Assembly (NCBI GenBank): GCA_030704615.1
Contig: CM060732.1
Span: 47,430,001 to 47,494,000 of the forward strand
Direction: 5' to 3'
Length of the DNA stretch: 64,000 bases
Source of the DNA: Takakia lepidozioides
Lineage: Eukaryota; Plantae; Bryophyta
Made by a program: the position numbers and the translations under genes. Below, in pieces: positions 25,332 to 38,499 of the stretch; positions within the stretch are counted from its first letter, which is position 1; each line of letters opens with the position of its first letter. The notes under the pieces were generated by a model, which had not been told where the DNA came from, made no database searches, and saw only the letters and a list, made by a program, of their open reading frames with translations.

Positions 25332-25499
25332 AGAAGCCCGTCATTGAGGTGCAATAGCCAACAGCTGCCGCAAAGGAATAGCATGTTGCAAAGTGTCCAG
25401 GGCCTTAAGTATATCATAATGAACCAAGCCTTTAGTCAGCGCCATGACCCTTCTCCGTTGAGACCCCTTGGGATGTCCTATCTTGCCATTTAGATGGTG

Positions 25500-27480
25500 A
25501 ATTCAAGCACGCAGCACCCACTCTGGCCCCGTTTATAGCTTATTACCTCTTCAATGAGGCAGTGCAACATGGCTCTTTCTAACAGAGTGGACGAAGAGCA
25601 TCATCCACCCCCTCTTCAAGAATGGTGACAGGCTCGCACCGACCAACTATCGCACAATTATGGTGTCATCCTTATTGGCTCAGCTGTTTGGGTCAGTAGT
25701 GGCCATGGAGTTGGACGATCGGGCCGAATCCTCTCGCATACGTGCTAAGGGCAAGCTGGTTTCCGTAGCAACAGATCCACTCTTGACCACATTTTCACTC
25801 TTCAGGTTATGGTGTAATGTGCTAGCTTTGACAAAAAACTGGTTTATGTCTGCTTCGTGGATTTTCACAAGGCTTTTGATTCGGTGCCTCGCGACCTTCT
25901 TTTCCAACGGCTCCATAGGGTGGGAGTCCCTCAGGCCATTCTCTATGCCATTTCCTCCATGTATGAGATCGTCACTGGCATGGTCAATGTCGCAGGGAAA
26001 TTCTCAGTTGAGGTCCATAGCAACATTGGGGTCAAACAGGGCTGCCCCCTCTTGCCTACCCTCTTCGGATTCTACATTGACGCCTTGGAATTCTACATCT
26101 CAAAAAACCATGGAGTTGGTGTGCCATTGGATGGAGGACCAACACAATCAGATCTCCTCTACGCGGATGATGTTGCCCTTGAGCACAATCTCCTCTCTTC
26201 CTGCAACGCTATCTCCACATCCTGGAATAGTTCTCCAAAGACTATGGGCTGCAAATCAATCTTAGCAAAACCAAGATCATGGTTTTCAATGGGCAGGCCG
26301 ACCGTACATTTTTCCTCAACAATCGGGAGGTTGAGATAGTCAAATCCTACCGGTATCTGGGTTTGGTTATCCACGCCCCCAAATTCCAGTTTGCAGCAAC
26401 TGCCCTGGACAGATTGACAAAAGGCAAGGGAGCCTCCATCCACCTTCATGCCAAAATGCAAACAGATACATCTGCGCCATCCACCTACCAGGAAGTGGCT
26501 GTTTTACAGGTTGTCACCCCAAATGCCACTTTTGGCTGTGAATTCTGGGCACCTGCAGTCCCAGTTTCCTGGTGGGAAAAGAATCTGGAACCATTGCAGT
26601 CATCTTTCCTCCAAGCAATGCTTGGCGCCAGAGGCACGACTCCGTCTCACATACTGAGTGCAGAATTTGCCTGCGCTGCAAACTGAGGCCCTCTTCCAGC
26701 TTACAATTTTGATACAAAGCCCTTCCCCCCAAGCGGCTTGTGGCCAGAGCACTCGCAACATCTCAAAAATGCAGGTTTCAAACAATCCTTGTATGCTCGT
26801 GTGGATACCTTTTTTGAACGCCATGGACTCTCTATTGCTTCACTATTGCCAGTGAATCCAGAAGGGGTGGACGTCACATCCAAGCATGACCGCAACAGAC
26901 TCATTAGGAGGGAGCTTATGGAGCTATATGTCATGAGAACTTGGAAGTTACCCAACCTCACGACAAAGCTCCATTTCTATGGAGAAAATTTCCTAGTCCT
27001 CCGAGATCATGGAATCTTGCGGCCCAATTACCTTTCGGCAGCTTTATCTCCTTCTCTCCTGATGGCTTTGGGGCGGTTCAGGGTGGGCTTCCACAACCTA
27101 CGGATAGAGACTGGCATATGGGAAAACCTACAGCGGAAGGACCGCCTATGTCCAGCTTGCACATGGCGTAACCAGGAAATTGAAACTGAAGAACACTTCT
27201 TCTTGTACTGGGCCCTCTATACTATGACATCCGTGGGAGATTCCATTGTCTATTCCGTGGAACCCAATCTCTCACTGAAGTCTTTCACTATGAAGATCAG
27301 AAATGCTTGGCAGCTTACCTACACGAGGCATTCACCCTTAGACAATCACTCGAACGATAGTTCTTATCTCTATCTTTGGTATCCTGTTTTCTCTCTCATG
27401 TTTTTCTTTCCATTTTGTCCCATAAGCTCTATGAGCTTTCCGCGGACGTTATAAAGCACCATTTCATTTCCATTTCATCA
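25500..27480 (+). mobile_element. 5'-truncated, degenerate LINE of the same family as 27485-32413
   Basis: RT motifs DFHKAFDSVPR, GVKQGCPL, LLYADD; C-terminal RFRVGFHNLRIETG...C..C...EEH; (CATTT)n tail. Confidence 0.92.
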
Positions 27481-27772
27481 TCTCCTTGGAAGGTGATCAC
27501 TGCCCACATCATATAACCGGTTTTCAGTCCAACACCCCAAAATATCACGTACATCACAAGAGAAACAGCACATATTGCTTTCCCCTGGTCTCCGACTTCC
27601 CCTCTGCCCTGTCTGGCACTGTCAAGGACATACTTCTTTCTTTGTTTTTTCTCTCCTTTCTCTCTCTCTCTCTCTTCCCGTTTACTCTCTCGTTTCTCTC
27701 TCTCGCGCGCGCGGCAGCATGTCGGCGCTGCGCTCACGGGCGTCGGCGCGCTAGCGCCACCTCCGCCACACC

Positions 27773-28942
27773 ATGACATCCAAACGCCAAAGGACGGCTG
27801 CCGACGAGGTAGACTACCCGTCTCCCTCACGTCGACCTGATTCCCCTCTGCTTCTTCTTCCTGCCCCGGTCTCTCAACAAGCCTCTCATTTGCGTCAGTA
27901 CTCCACAAGGAGTGCTGATGTTCAAACGCTTCGGGACCAAATCTCCATCTTACAAACGAAATGCATCTCGGAGGAGACTCTGCAGCAAGTGCTCGCTGCC
28001 CGTGACATTGACTCGGAGGAGCGGTTGGCTTCCCTAGACAAAGACTGGGAGACGCGGATGGCTTCCCTTAACAAAAATTGGGAAAGACGCATGGATTCCT
28101 TGGACAAAGATTGGCAGAATCGCATGACTTCCTTGGACAAAGATTGGCAGAAGCGCATGACAGACACAGACACAGACTTGGAGAACAATATGCGAGTTCA
28201 GGACAGCGCTTTGCGGGCCTCTCTTCAGGAGTGCACTAGCAAACTTCAAGGTCTGGCGAAACATCTCAATGACAAATCCACACATACGCATCTTTCAAAA
28301 CTTGAAGGCGAAGTGAAGAGCCTCCCAGATCCCCTTACGACAAGCATCCACCTGCAGGTGGAATCCCTTAGCAAAGAGCTAGAAACACACAGAACTGCGA
28401 CGTCTACAATGGCTCGGGAGCTCCAAGCTCACAAGGTAGAGGCCTCCTCCTGGGCTAATATAGTTAAGGGGAGCACATCCAACAACAGTCCTCACTATCT
28501 GGAGGAGACAATCTCGGCTACCTTGCGAGAGGAACAGCAACGGGCTTTCAAAGCCCTTAACATCAGGGTCACTGGGAACCTAGGGGGCCTTGCTGAGGGG
28601 GACCCACTTGATGCTGCCACCAGCTTTATTCAGCAAAACCTTGCTCTCCCACGGGGCGCGAGTGGCATTGAAAGGGCTTGGCGTGCAGGATCTTCAGAGC
28701 ACAAAGTCATCTTCATTAGATTCAAGGACAAGGGTGCTCGGGATAGAGTCCTCAGGCAGAGGCCTCAATTGAGAGGTCAGGGTATGTACCTCAACGATGA
28801 CTTGACCCCTTTGCAATACAACACCATGCGGGCGCAACTCTTGCAGGTTAAGCGAGCTCGAGCTCAGGGGCACTATGCCGTGTACCGAGATGGGAGGGTG
28901 ATTGTCCGGGAGCACGAACGTCGCCCCTCTAGCTCTAAATAG
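27773..28942 (+). CDS. LINE ORF1: coiled coil with 11-aa repeats plus RRM/CTD-like domain
   Basis: 389 aa open frame; four SLDKDWxxRMx repeats; NIRVTG...IFIRF...LRGQGMYLNDDLT. Confidence 0.85.
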   Translation: MTSKRQRTAADEVDYPSPSRRPDSPLLLLPAPVSQQASHLRQYSTRSADVQTLRDQISILQTKCISEETLQQVLAARDIDSEERLASLDKDWETRMASLNKNWERRMDSLDKDWQNRMTSLDKDWQKRMTDTDTDLENNMRVQDSALRASLQECTSKLQGLAKHLNDKSTHTHLSKLEGEVKSLPDPLTTSIHLQVESLSKELETHRTATSTMARELQAHKVEASSWANIVKGSTSNNSPHYLEETISATLREEQQRAFKALNIRVTGNLGGLAEGDPLDAATSFIQQNLALPRGASGIERAWRAGSSEHKVIFIRFKDKGARDRVLRQRPQLRGQGMYLNDDLTPLQYNTMRAQLLQVKRARAQGHYAVYRDGRVIVREHERRPSSSK

Positions 28943-28945
28943 GGG

Positions 28946-31900
28946 TTGGGGCACCATGAGACCAACGCACCCTCACATCTACACATTGGCTCATGGAACT
29001 GTAATGGCTCGTTGTGGAGCCACCCTCAAGGGCTTCTAGATATTCTTTCCAAGTGTGATGTTCTTTTTCTTTTGGAAACTCATGCGTATGAAGGAAAGGA
29101 CCCCCCTTTTATTCTCGGTTATAGCTTTCAATCAGTGATTCGTCCACGTACAGGTCTCAAAGGATCTGGAGGTGTGGCTTGTTACTTCGCTGACTGGCTT
29201 TTCCCACTTATCTCCTTCCCATACAAAGACCCACTGGCAAGGTACATTTGGTGTCACATCAAAGGCTACAACATTCTGCTGGCGGGATGTTATTTTGCTC
29301 CGGCTGCATCTCCGTACAGCGGCCTACATATTCGAATAGATTCACCATATGTTCCATTGGAAGACGATATGGCCCGTCTCCGTACCCCACAAACGGACAT
29401 TTTCTTGGTTGGAGATTTCAACGCCCGTACAGGATCACTACAGGCCCCCACCTTTGACCACACAGATCCTCTACACATCCAACGCTCACATACGGAATTG
29501 GAGAGGCAAAGTGCAGATTCCTATGCGAAATCACAAGTTACGGTCACCATCTACTCAAGTTTTGTGAAACTCAGGGGCTTGCCATTTACAATGGAACAAC
29601 CAACTTCAAATCCTCCAACCAGTTCACTTGCCACACGTACAAGGGCCAAAGCGTGGTTGACTATCTCTTGGGGAGCCCCAACAAGTCTGATAGAATAAGC
29701 TCCTTTTACATCACGAGGTACCCGGATTCTGATCACTCTTGCCTTTCCTTTGCATTTCCTTCCATCTCCCTCCCCGTGAGGATCCCCTCTGCGTCTCTTC
29801 CCTTACATCCACGTATCCACTTTAATACCCCTTTCTCTCACTTACACGACGCCGAGTATGAAACATACCTAGCGTCAACCCTCCCTTCCATTCTACATCT
29901 ATCATCTCCTATCGACAAAGCTACACATCTTACTCAAGCCCTTTGGGACTCAGCCCTGCGATCCTTTCCCGTCACTCTTCCATCTACCTCCTCACCCTTC
30001 TCCACTCGTCGTTACGCACCATTTTATGATAAGGAATGCAAGACTGCTAGACGTCGCATCAAATTTTTACTACTTGATATCAATTCTTCTCCAGAGTCCA
30101 CTAATCTTGCTCTTAAGCACTATAAGTCCCTCATTAGATCCAAAAAGCAAGCCTACACTATCAAATTGCAATCTTCTTTCCTTGCTAAAATCAGATTTTC
30201 TCCTCGTTCTTTTTGGTCCCTCCTTAAACCTCATAGAGATCCCCCCCCAATCACTGACATTCATGTCTGGCATGAGTATGCATAGTCTTTGTACCATTCC
30301 CCAACCCAAACTCCTTCTCCTGTAACCTCTAAACCCCTTCACTTCTCTCTCTTTACTACGGCCAATATCAGTAAGGCAATCAAGAAGCTGCAAAATGGCA
30401 GAGCGGTGGACATTTCAGGACTTCAGAGTGAATTCATCAAGCATGCTACACCTACTTTAGCCCCTTTTATAGCTAACCTCTTCAATGAGGTGGTGCAACG
30501 GGGCTTTCCAACAGAGTGGACAAAGAGCATCATCCACCCACTTTTTAAGAGCGGTGACAGGCTCGCACCGACAAACTATCGTACTATCATGGTGTCCTCA
30601 TTACTTGCTAAACTGTTTGGGGCAGTAGTGGCCATGGAACTGGATGATTGGGCTGAGTACTCTCGCATTCGTGCTGAGGGACAGGCTGGTTTCCGTCGCA
30701 ACCGATCCACTATTGACCACATCTTCACTCTTCAGGTTATGGTGGAAAGTGCACGCTATGAGAAAAGAATGGTCTATGTTTGCTTCGTGGACTTTCACAA
30801 AGCCTTTGATTCAGTTCCTCGGGACCTTCTCTTCCAACGGCTCCATAGAGTGGAAGTCCCTCCAAGCATCCTTTGTGCCATCTCTTCTATGTATGAGATT
30901 GTCACTGGCATGGTCAACGTCGATGGTGAATTCTCAGCCGAGATCCACAGCAACATTGGAGTCAAACAGGGCTGCCCCCTTTCACCTACCCTGTTCGGGA
31001 TCTACATTGACGCCTTGGAGAATTACATATCAAAAAACCATGGGGTTGGGGTCCCATTGGATGGGGGACCAACCCAATCAGATCTCCTCTACGCTGATGA
31101 TGTTGCCCTTTTGGCACAATCCCCGGTCTTTCTGCAACGCCATCTCAAAATTTTGGAACGGTTCTGCAAAGACTACGGGATGCAAGTCAATCTTAGCAAG
31201 ACCAAGATCATGGTCTTCAATGGCCAGGCTGATCGTAGATTCATCTTCAACCAGCAGGAAATTGAGATTGTGAAATCATACCGGTACCTAGGTCTGGTTA
31301 TCCACTCCCCCAAGTTTCACTTTGCAGCCATTGCCTTGGACAGATTGACTAAAGGTAAGGCGGCCTCCGTCCGCCTTCAGGCCAAATGCAAGCAAATACC
31401 TCTGCGGCATCCCCGACCAAAAAGTGGCTGTTTGACACCGTCGTCAGCCCTGCTACCATCTATGGGTGTGAGTTCTGGGCACCTGGTGTCCCTGTCTCCT
31501 GGTGGGAAAAGAATTTGGAACCATTACAGTCATCTTTTCTCCAAGCAATGCTTGGCGCCAGGAGGACAACTCCATCTCAGATCCTAGGTGCAGAGTTCGC
31601 ATGTGTACCATTGCAATCCGAGGCCCTCTTCAGGCTTACAATCTTTCTCCATAGATTGCAGGCCCTTCCACCCAAAAGGCTAGTGGCAAGGGCCCTCACA
31701 ACATCTATGAGGCTCAAAGCTGCAGGTTTCATGAACTCCTGGTATGCTCGAGTGGACAGTTTATTTCAACGTAACGGACTTTCTACTGCTTTCCTATTAC
31801 CAATGAACCCAGATGAGGTGGACATCACATCCAGACATGACCGCAACAGACTCATTCGGAGAGAGCTTATGGAATTACATGTCAAGAGAACTTGGATGCT

Positions 31901-32309
31901 ACCCAATCTCACGACAAAGCTCCACTTCTATCGAGAGACATTCTTGGTGCTCCGCGATGATAGAATCTTGAGACCAAATTACCTTTCAGCACCCTTATCT
32001 CCTTCCCTCTTGAGGGCATTGGGGCGGTTCAGGGTGGGTTCCCACAACCTACGGATAGAGACTGGCAGATGGGAAAACCTGCAACAGGAGGACCGCCTAT
32101 GTCTAGCTTGCATAGGGCGCAGAAAGGAAATTGAAACTGAAGAACACTTCTTCTTCTACTGCCCTCTATACTACGAGATCCGTGGGAGATTCCACTGTTT
32201 ATTCAGTGGAACCCAAACTCTCACTGATGTCTTTCACTATGAGGATAAAAAATGCTTGGCTGCCTACCTACACGAGGCCTTCACCCTTAGACAATCGCTA
32301 GAACATTAA
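28946..32309 (+). pseudogene. LINE ORF2 (AP endonuclease, RT, Cys/His domain) with two frameshifts and one stop
   Basis: SWNCNG, FLLETH, VGDFNART, VDY...SDH; QAGFR, FVDFHKAFD, YADD; RFRVGSHNLRIETGRW...C..C..EEHFFFYC. Confidence 0.92.
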
Positions 32310-32900
32310 TTGTGGTTTCTGGCTTTGTTCCTCTCTCATGTTTTCTTCCATTTTGTCCCATAAGCTCTATGAGCTTTCTGCGGACGTTATAAAGCACCAT
32401 TTCATTTTCATTTTATTTGTTCCATAAGCTTGTTGGTCTTCCTGTGGAGGTTATAAACTTAAAAGGTAATCTCTTCCATATTTGGGTGTTAACCATATAC
32501 GCTAGCACCCTCCATATTTTCCCTACTTAATTAACCCAGCACTGGAGTGGCTGCGCTATAGGGCGATTCCTTTAGGGAGAGCCTGATCTGATCGATATAC
32601 ACAATGGGTGCCCTGACGACCAGAATTATTGTGTGCACAGCGCCATCCAACACAAATGCTAGTGTCTCTAAATTGGAGAAGTTCAAGAAACACCGAAAGC
32701 TGTTGCAGCTCTCCTTGGCTCTAACCCGCACCATCTCCATTAATGGAGGTGAAACCCGGATGGGCCATAGTCCAGATTTGCACCAAATTCAGATAGAGAA
32801 CAGACCCGGGTGCTGAAGAGATGTTTGTTGGGTCAGCCTAAGGACTAGGACCAAGAAAATCGCTTATGCTAATTAATTTCTGATGTGTGCCATGTTGCAG

Positions 32901-33680
32901 ATCTTCTTGGGTTATCGCATCAATTTGTCAAGTTTCATTTCCACGAACAAGATCCTCAAGGAAGCCCATAAGCTGTGTGCCTACTATAACACATTACACG
33001 CAAATCTTCCAAGGGCTTCATTTCTAGGTTGTAACATTCTCTTTTAGTTGTTACATCCCAGTTTTAAGAATCATTACGATTATTCACTCCTTTGTTGATC
33101 TGAATGGCAGGATTTATCCGCTATCAAGATGGAAATACATGATGTAGGGGAAAATAGATATGTAGGAGAAGCAGCGTTTGTTCCTCGTCCTGGGGCTACC
33201 GAAGAAGATGATGGTTGGCTTGTCACATACGTGCACGACGAAGAAACCTTCGAATCAGAGGTAAGAATGTTTAATTCTCTAACTAATACTTGAAAGCTTC
33301 AATGGCATTAGCTAGAAGCTACAAATGAAACCGAGTGGTCTCTACACATAGCTGGTTGCACCGGGCTTGTGGTTGTGACTTGACATTGCTGAACGATTGT
33401 CTCTTGCGGCTATGGGACATCATACATACAAACGGGCCATAGATGGATCACCCTCAGTAAAATCAGCTCCTTTGAAGAGGGAGGTTCGAGGACTAGAAGA
33501 AAACAGAATTCAAAGAGACCTGGATCATAACCTGTAAATTTCTCCCACTGTACGAAACTGAGGATGTGGTTGCAGGTGTACATACTTGATGCACAATACT
33601 TTGAGGAGGCGCCAGTGGCAAGACTGAGGTTGCCTCAGCGAGTTCCGTATGGATTCCACTCCACCTTCATTCCTGTTTGA
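32901..33680 (+). pseudogene. Last three exons of a carotenoid cleavage dioxygenase (RPE65/CCD family); no 5' exons in the window
   Basis: Exon 33111-33260 reads GEAAFVPRPGATEEDDGWLVTYVHDE and exon 33576-33680 reads VYILDA...PVARLRLPQRVPYGFHSTF*, with AG/GT borders. The donor of the exon at 32901 looks damaged. Confidence 0.85.
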
Positions 33681-34680
33681 TGAGGGTCCAGACGATTGTA
33701 TATCTAATTCCAAGTCTCTTTCATTTACAAGTGCAGTTCAGCCGCGTTTCTATATTACGTACATATCATGGGCGTGCCATTATCACATCACTCGCTGATA
33801 AAGCAATTCTTGCCCACGTCTTTGAAGAAAAATTTGTGAACATTGCTCAATGTTCATAATTGAATTTGTCAGTTCATTACCCCCAAGTTATGTGAATACG
33901 AAATTTTCCATCCAAAAGTAAAAAACAAAGACCCTTATGTACAATACATACATGTACCTCAATTATCTGAGATTTATTTTCTTGGCTTTCAAATGGTTAT
34001 AACCTGCTCTACATACCCAGAGCAGTGGGTATTTTTTCATTCATTCATTCATTTTTCATTCATCCAAATTCGCCAGCGGGGCCACATGTGAGTTCTATCC
34101 AGTGCCTATGTGGCGAGAATAACGAGGTGGCAGGGCTGGAAAAGTGGCCATATACCAGGTGGCACGTTTTAACTGGTCCACGTCTGGCTCCTAATTTCTT
34201 CTAAGGGCATTGGGGAGGTTTAGTGTGGGCTCGTATAGGGGAATGCCCGGAGTGGATGAGGGCATTCTTGGATTTTTGAGGGCCCAAAGCCCCAGGGGCA
34301 GTCCTGAAAATCTATGAATGGCCCGGCACGTGTAGTGGAACCGACAGAGCGTGTTCCGCCCAGGAACCCTGTGAACTCATGCCGGTTCCACAGTGTAGTA
34401 GAAGTTCGATTTTAGCCGGTCCCCTGCTGCATTGTGGAAGTTATAGGGGAATGCCCTCAGTGGAGGGCATTCCTCTGCGTAAAGATCAGACCTAATTTTT
34501 ACCTCTAGGCCAATATTAAGCTGCCATGTCGTGTCATCCTCAGAAAGAAATTAAAAAATAAACAAGCGGCTAATCGCGTAATGGCTGAGTCCACCCTTAC
34601 ACCTAAATAATAAATTAGTAAACTAGATATTAAAAACATATAATTAGAAAAATGTATAGAATACATGGATGTTAGTTGGG

Positions 34681-34979
34681 CTAATGTATAGTTGTTGCAT
34701 GTTGATAGCATGATACATAATTAGGTAGTTTGAAAGCCATAAATACATGTTTATGGTCGCTCCTGTATGCTTCCGCAACACCGGAAATGCACTGTTGAGT
34801 CGGGGCATTTGTCCAAATGTGATCCAATTGTGAACCGTAGATTGTAGTAGCTTCAGTGAATTGCAATTCCATGTGGTATAGTATCATGAATTGTTTCAAT
34901 TGAGTTGTTGATGAATCATGTTGCAAAATGTCTATATTAAAATCTCCTATAATGATGGTAGGACAAAAATGAGGGATTT
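34681..34979 (-). mobile_element. Helentron: C-terminal half of the AP-endonuclease domain
   Basis: PTIIIGDFNIDIL...TTIYGSQLDHIWTN...SDHKHVF. Confidence 0.8.
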
Positions 34980-37900
34980 TATCCATAAGGCAAGTGATAA
35001 AAGAGACACGGGAGTTGAATGCTGCCTCAGTGGGCCTGCCTGGGTGGCCCCAACCCCGCCCTCCGCCTCCCACCCCCCTCGCGGCCCGCGGTCGCCGTGG
35101 CAGGCGCCCCCCCTCCCCCCCTCCCGCTCCACCCGCCACCCCGCGCCGGGAACATTACTCGCAAAAATGCTGTCACACATTGAACTAGGTATTACTGTAT
35201 TTCACGCATCCATCATCCATGCCCCATGAATGCAAGAAGTACATCCATCGCATCATGACGTTGCCATCATACAGTCCTATATGTGTACGTACCTCCTCAT
35301 ACATTCAAATTTATATATTAAAATAGCATTGAGTGTACCTCCAGAACGAATGGACGTCATTTAGTGGATGATTGTTGTCATCCATGTGATTGACCACCTG
35401 TCCTCAGCGTCTTCGCCCCCTCATTCTTTGTCTCCGAAAATGTATGTGACGAATTTTCACAAAGTGCCTTGTTCTTCTCTGTGTGCTTCGACTTGCTTCC
35501 CGAGAGACATGTGTGCAAATGAGAGAACTGAAAAGTTTGTCCCTCCTGATGTGCCCCATCTGATCTCCATGCTTCGAATCCAGCTTCAATCTCCGACAGT
35601 AGGTGCTTTCGATCCCACAGTGCTACAATGGCGTTACCAATGGCATGGAATCCCTGACGGAAATGACAATGCTGAAGTGACCTACATTCCATGGAGTCGC
35701 CAATGATACATCATGGATCAGTTAGCTCACCAGATGAAGAATTGCAAGAATCGTGAGCACAGTGGATACTTCACGTGTCACTGTGAAGATAGAGTAGCCT
35801 CCTTCCGAGCCTGCTTGACTTCATTACAGTTAGTTTGACGTCTGCATATTTCAGTGTGTACAATGGCTCGCTGGGCACACACCAAATATTTGGAGGTTGC
35901 GTTTTTTAAATCTTTGCAAAAGCTCATCTCAGCCTACAGTTTCCATGGGCAGCCCTCACTGTGGCTTGATCAAGGACTTCATCTGATGTTGTGGAGCAAG
36001 AGAGTGAGGCTCAAGCCATGGCGGTTTTTCAAGTGGTCCCGTCAGCAAACCTTCTACCCATCTGACCAACGATGTTCCTGTGGAGGTTAACAATTACATT
36101 GCACTATTCCTATGGTCAGCATAGACATTCTTGGAAGATCCAATCTCCACGTCAACACCCAAATTCTCTCAGCCTGTTGTTTCCTTACGATCTTGCGTCG
36201 GTGCAATGTGTGAGGAGGGATGGGGGGCGAAAGAAATATGAAAACCTTTCAGAGTTCAGATTTGAGACAGATGGCTGTAATTTCACATTGTAGTATTGAG
36301 TAGGGTGGAGAGAGGCGGAGAGGTGATTGCGGTGATGTCTGTGCTTTAAGAAAAGAAGCTGTACGAGGTGAGAACAGGGTCAGTGTCTGGACTAGCATTT
36401 GAGCTTGTGGGAGGTATGGGTACTGCTACGGGTCAACTTGACTGGGTCACAAAGAAATACACATTGAAAGATCCTGCAACCTGGAGGCTAGCTTAAGTAG
36501 TGATTTAGACAGCCTCAGAGTTCTCTAAGGTGGGGTTGTCTTTGTGTTTCATGCTATTGTGGGGTTACAAGAGTACTCTTGATGTAGCAAGCAGACAAGA
36601 GTGGGTGGACTATGCAGTGTGTAAGGGTTTAGCCTAATTGGACAATTGAGAAGTGTGTTGGTGTGGGTACACCAAAGCCAGAGAAAGTGATGGTTGGAGG
36701 GGAAGTGAGCTTAGTAGAAGAGATGGCTTGGCCTGTCCTGCACAGGTACCCACCAGTCGCGGCTCGATCAAACCGGGACAAGCAAAAACTCATTCTGGAT
36801 GTATGCCTCCTCTCTCTCTCTTCCCCCCTTGTGGATGTAATACATTTCTCTTTTTCTTTCTTTTCCTTCTTTCTCAGAGAAGTGCAGAGAGCATCCCTGG
36901 CAAAGGCCTTAGCTATTAGACCTAAAGTGGGGGCTACGTGCTTGCACCCCGCCTTCATGCTATATTTGAGAATTTTGGGTTATTATTTGGTTTCTTGGTT
37001 CTAAATAGGTTATTCTTCTCGGTCCCTTTGGCCTTTGGTTATTCCGTGGATGTCAGTAGATGTATTTTTCCTCTCTCACTCTTATCCGTATTTCAGGATA
37101 TTAACAGGAGGATACACAAAATTGGCTTACTTTATGACCTTTCAGAGTGACACGTGCGTGTATTGATGGATGACAGGGAGGTTTCAGTATGGAGGAAGAA
37201 ATGTAGAAAGGGGTGACAGTCAGCCAAGCAGCTCATCTCCAAGCTGCTTGTGGTTAAGCAAGAATGTCGACCCTCTACTGCAGAAGTGCACCAAACTTTC
37301 TTTCTTTCTTGTTCATTTGCAGATACACACACATTTTAAGCAGTCCTCCTAGAACAACACTGGAAGTGTTTGGAGATTTTTAATTGCCAGTGACCAGCAG
37401 ACCTGGCAATGAGACATACCACAAGTTCTGGGGTTACGTTGTGGTGAATGTAGTAAGCTTTCAGGTCTGAACTTGAAGGGGAGTTCACCAAGTGAGGTGC
37501 GCGATAGTGGGGACTTTGACCGCACGGACCTTCCTCGTCAAGCTTGGATACATCTGGGATGCATATCACCCTTCTCTAATTCCTATAATTCCTATGATTC
37601 CTTAACACATTTTGCTTATAATTCTATCTGTCCTACTCTGTAAGTCAACCTTGAAAACAATAGGGGTCAATTTCGGCTGTCTCAAATGAATGGGCATGCA
37701 ATCTCAGGATGTCGGAGACAGTCTTAGTCTTTCTGTTTGGACCGTGTTTGCATTGGATTTCATTTGTTTGTTTATTGTCTCTCATTGCTGATTGCGTTCA
37801 GTTTCATTTTCTTATGTGTGTTTGCTGCTTTTCTCGGTGTTTGTTTCCTGTGTCTTTATGAAAACAGTGTTCCAACAATGTGGTTGTGAATGGCTGTGAA

Positions 37901-38237
37901 TTTCACATGTAGTGGATCGGTTGGTCTTTGTACTCTTGTCTGTATTTTGTGTTTATGTGTGCTTTGAGTGGATGTCTATCTAGTGCATGTATTTGATGTA
38001 CTGCTGTAGCCTGTTCCGGTGTGTGGTTGCGTCTTTTCCATGGTGGTTGTGGTTGTAGAGCAAACACACTTTTTGTAAGGATAGTGGTAGGAGTTTCAGT
38101 ATAATAACATATGTCCTCGCTTCAAGGTTACAATGTGTTAGTCCCTGACTCAGTTGGATGTTTACAGATCTCATCAGTGTAGTTCATTTCACTACACTTA
38201 ATGTACCCTATTTGTATGCCTTGCCTTAATGTCTTCA

Positions 38238-38462
38238 CACTATTACGTTTCGGGGGGGTTAGCGATGCCCCAACGACCTCCAACCGCCGCGATTAGCGAC
38301 GGAAATACTCTACGGCGCCCGGGGCGCGCCGGAGGCATTTTGCAACGTCGAGAAGTCGTAGAGATGTCGCTCCCGAAACATCGCTAATTAGCGTCATCGG
38401 GGAATCGCAACCCCCCTAGGCGCGGCGCTGGCGCGACTTGCGACGTCCGGGCATGGCAGAAA

Positions 38463-38499
<37 letters not shown>

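Larger units (their letters stand above)
6584..25450 (-). mobile_element. Ty3/gypsy LTR retrotransposon, degenerate, 5' end (gag and 5' LTR) missing, interrupted by the MULE at 7254-18018
   Basis: Domain order PR-RT-RH-IN: QIDGGSSVNLM (25005-25331); WVSPIVVVPKK, LDGFSGYNQI, FLDDF (23733-24458); DASNYAIG (23300-23518); GGHFAG, WGIDFVGP, HPRANGQTE, RWLGPY (21842-23175). Frameshifts and stops are present. The left boundary is tentative. Confidence 0.85.
27485..32413 (+). mobile_element. Near full-length APE-type LINE (RTEX-like) with ORF1, ORF2, 3' stem-loop and (CATTT)n tail
   Basis: 5' UTR, intact ORF1, ORF2 with few lesions, 3' UTR hairpin AAGCTC-TAT-GAGCTT, tail ccatttcattttcatttt. Confidence 0.93.

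Noticed and set aside
36560-37620. Possible solo LTR inside the Pack-MULE
   Set aside because: Could not identify TG...CA ends with a TSD.
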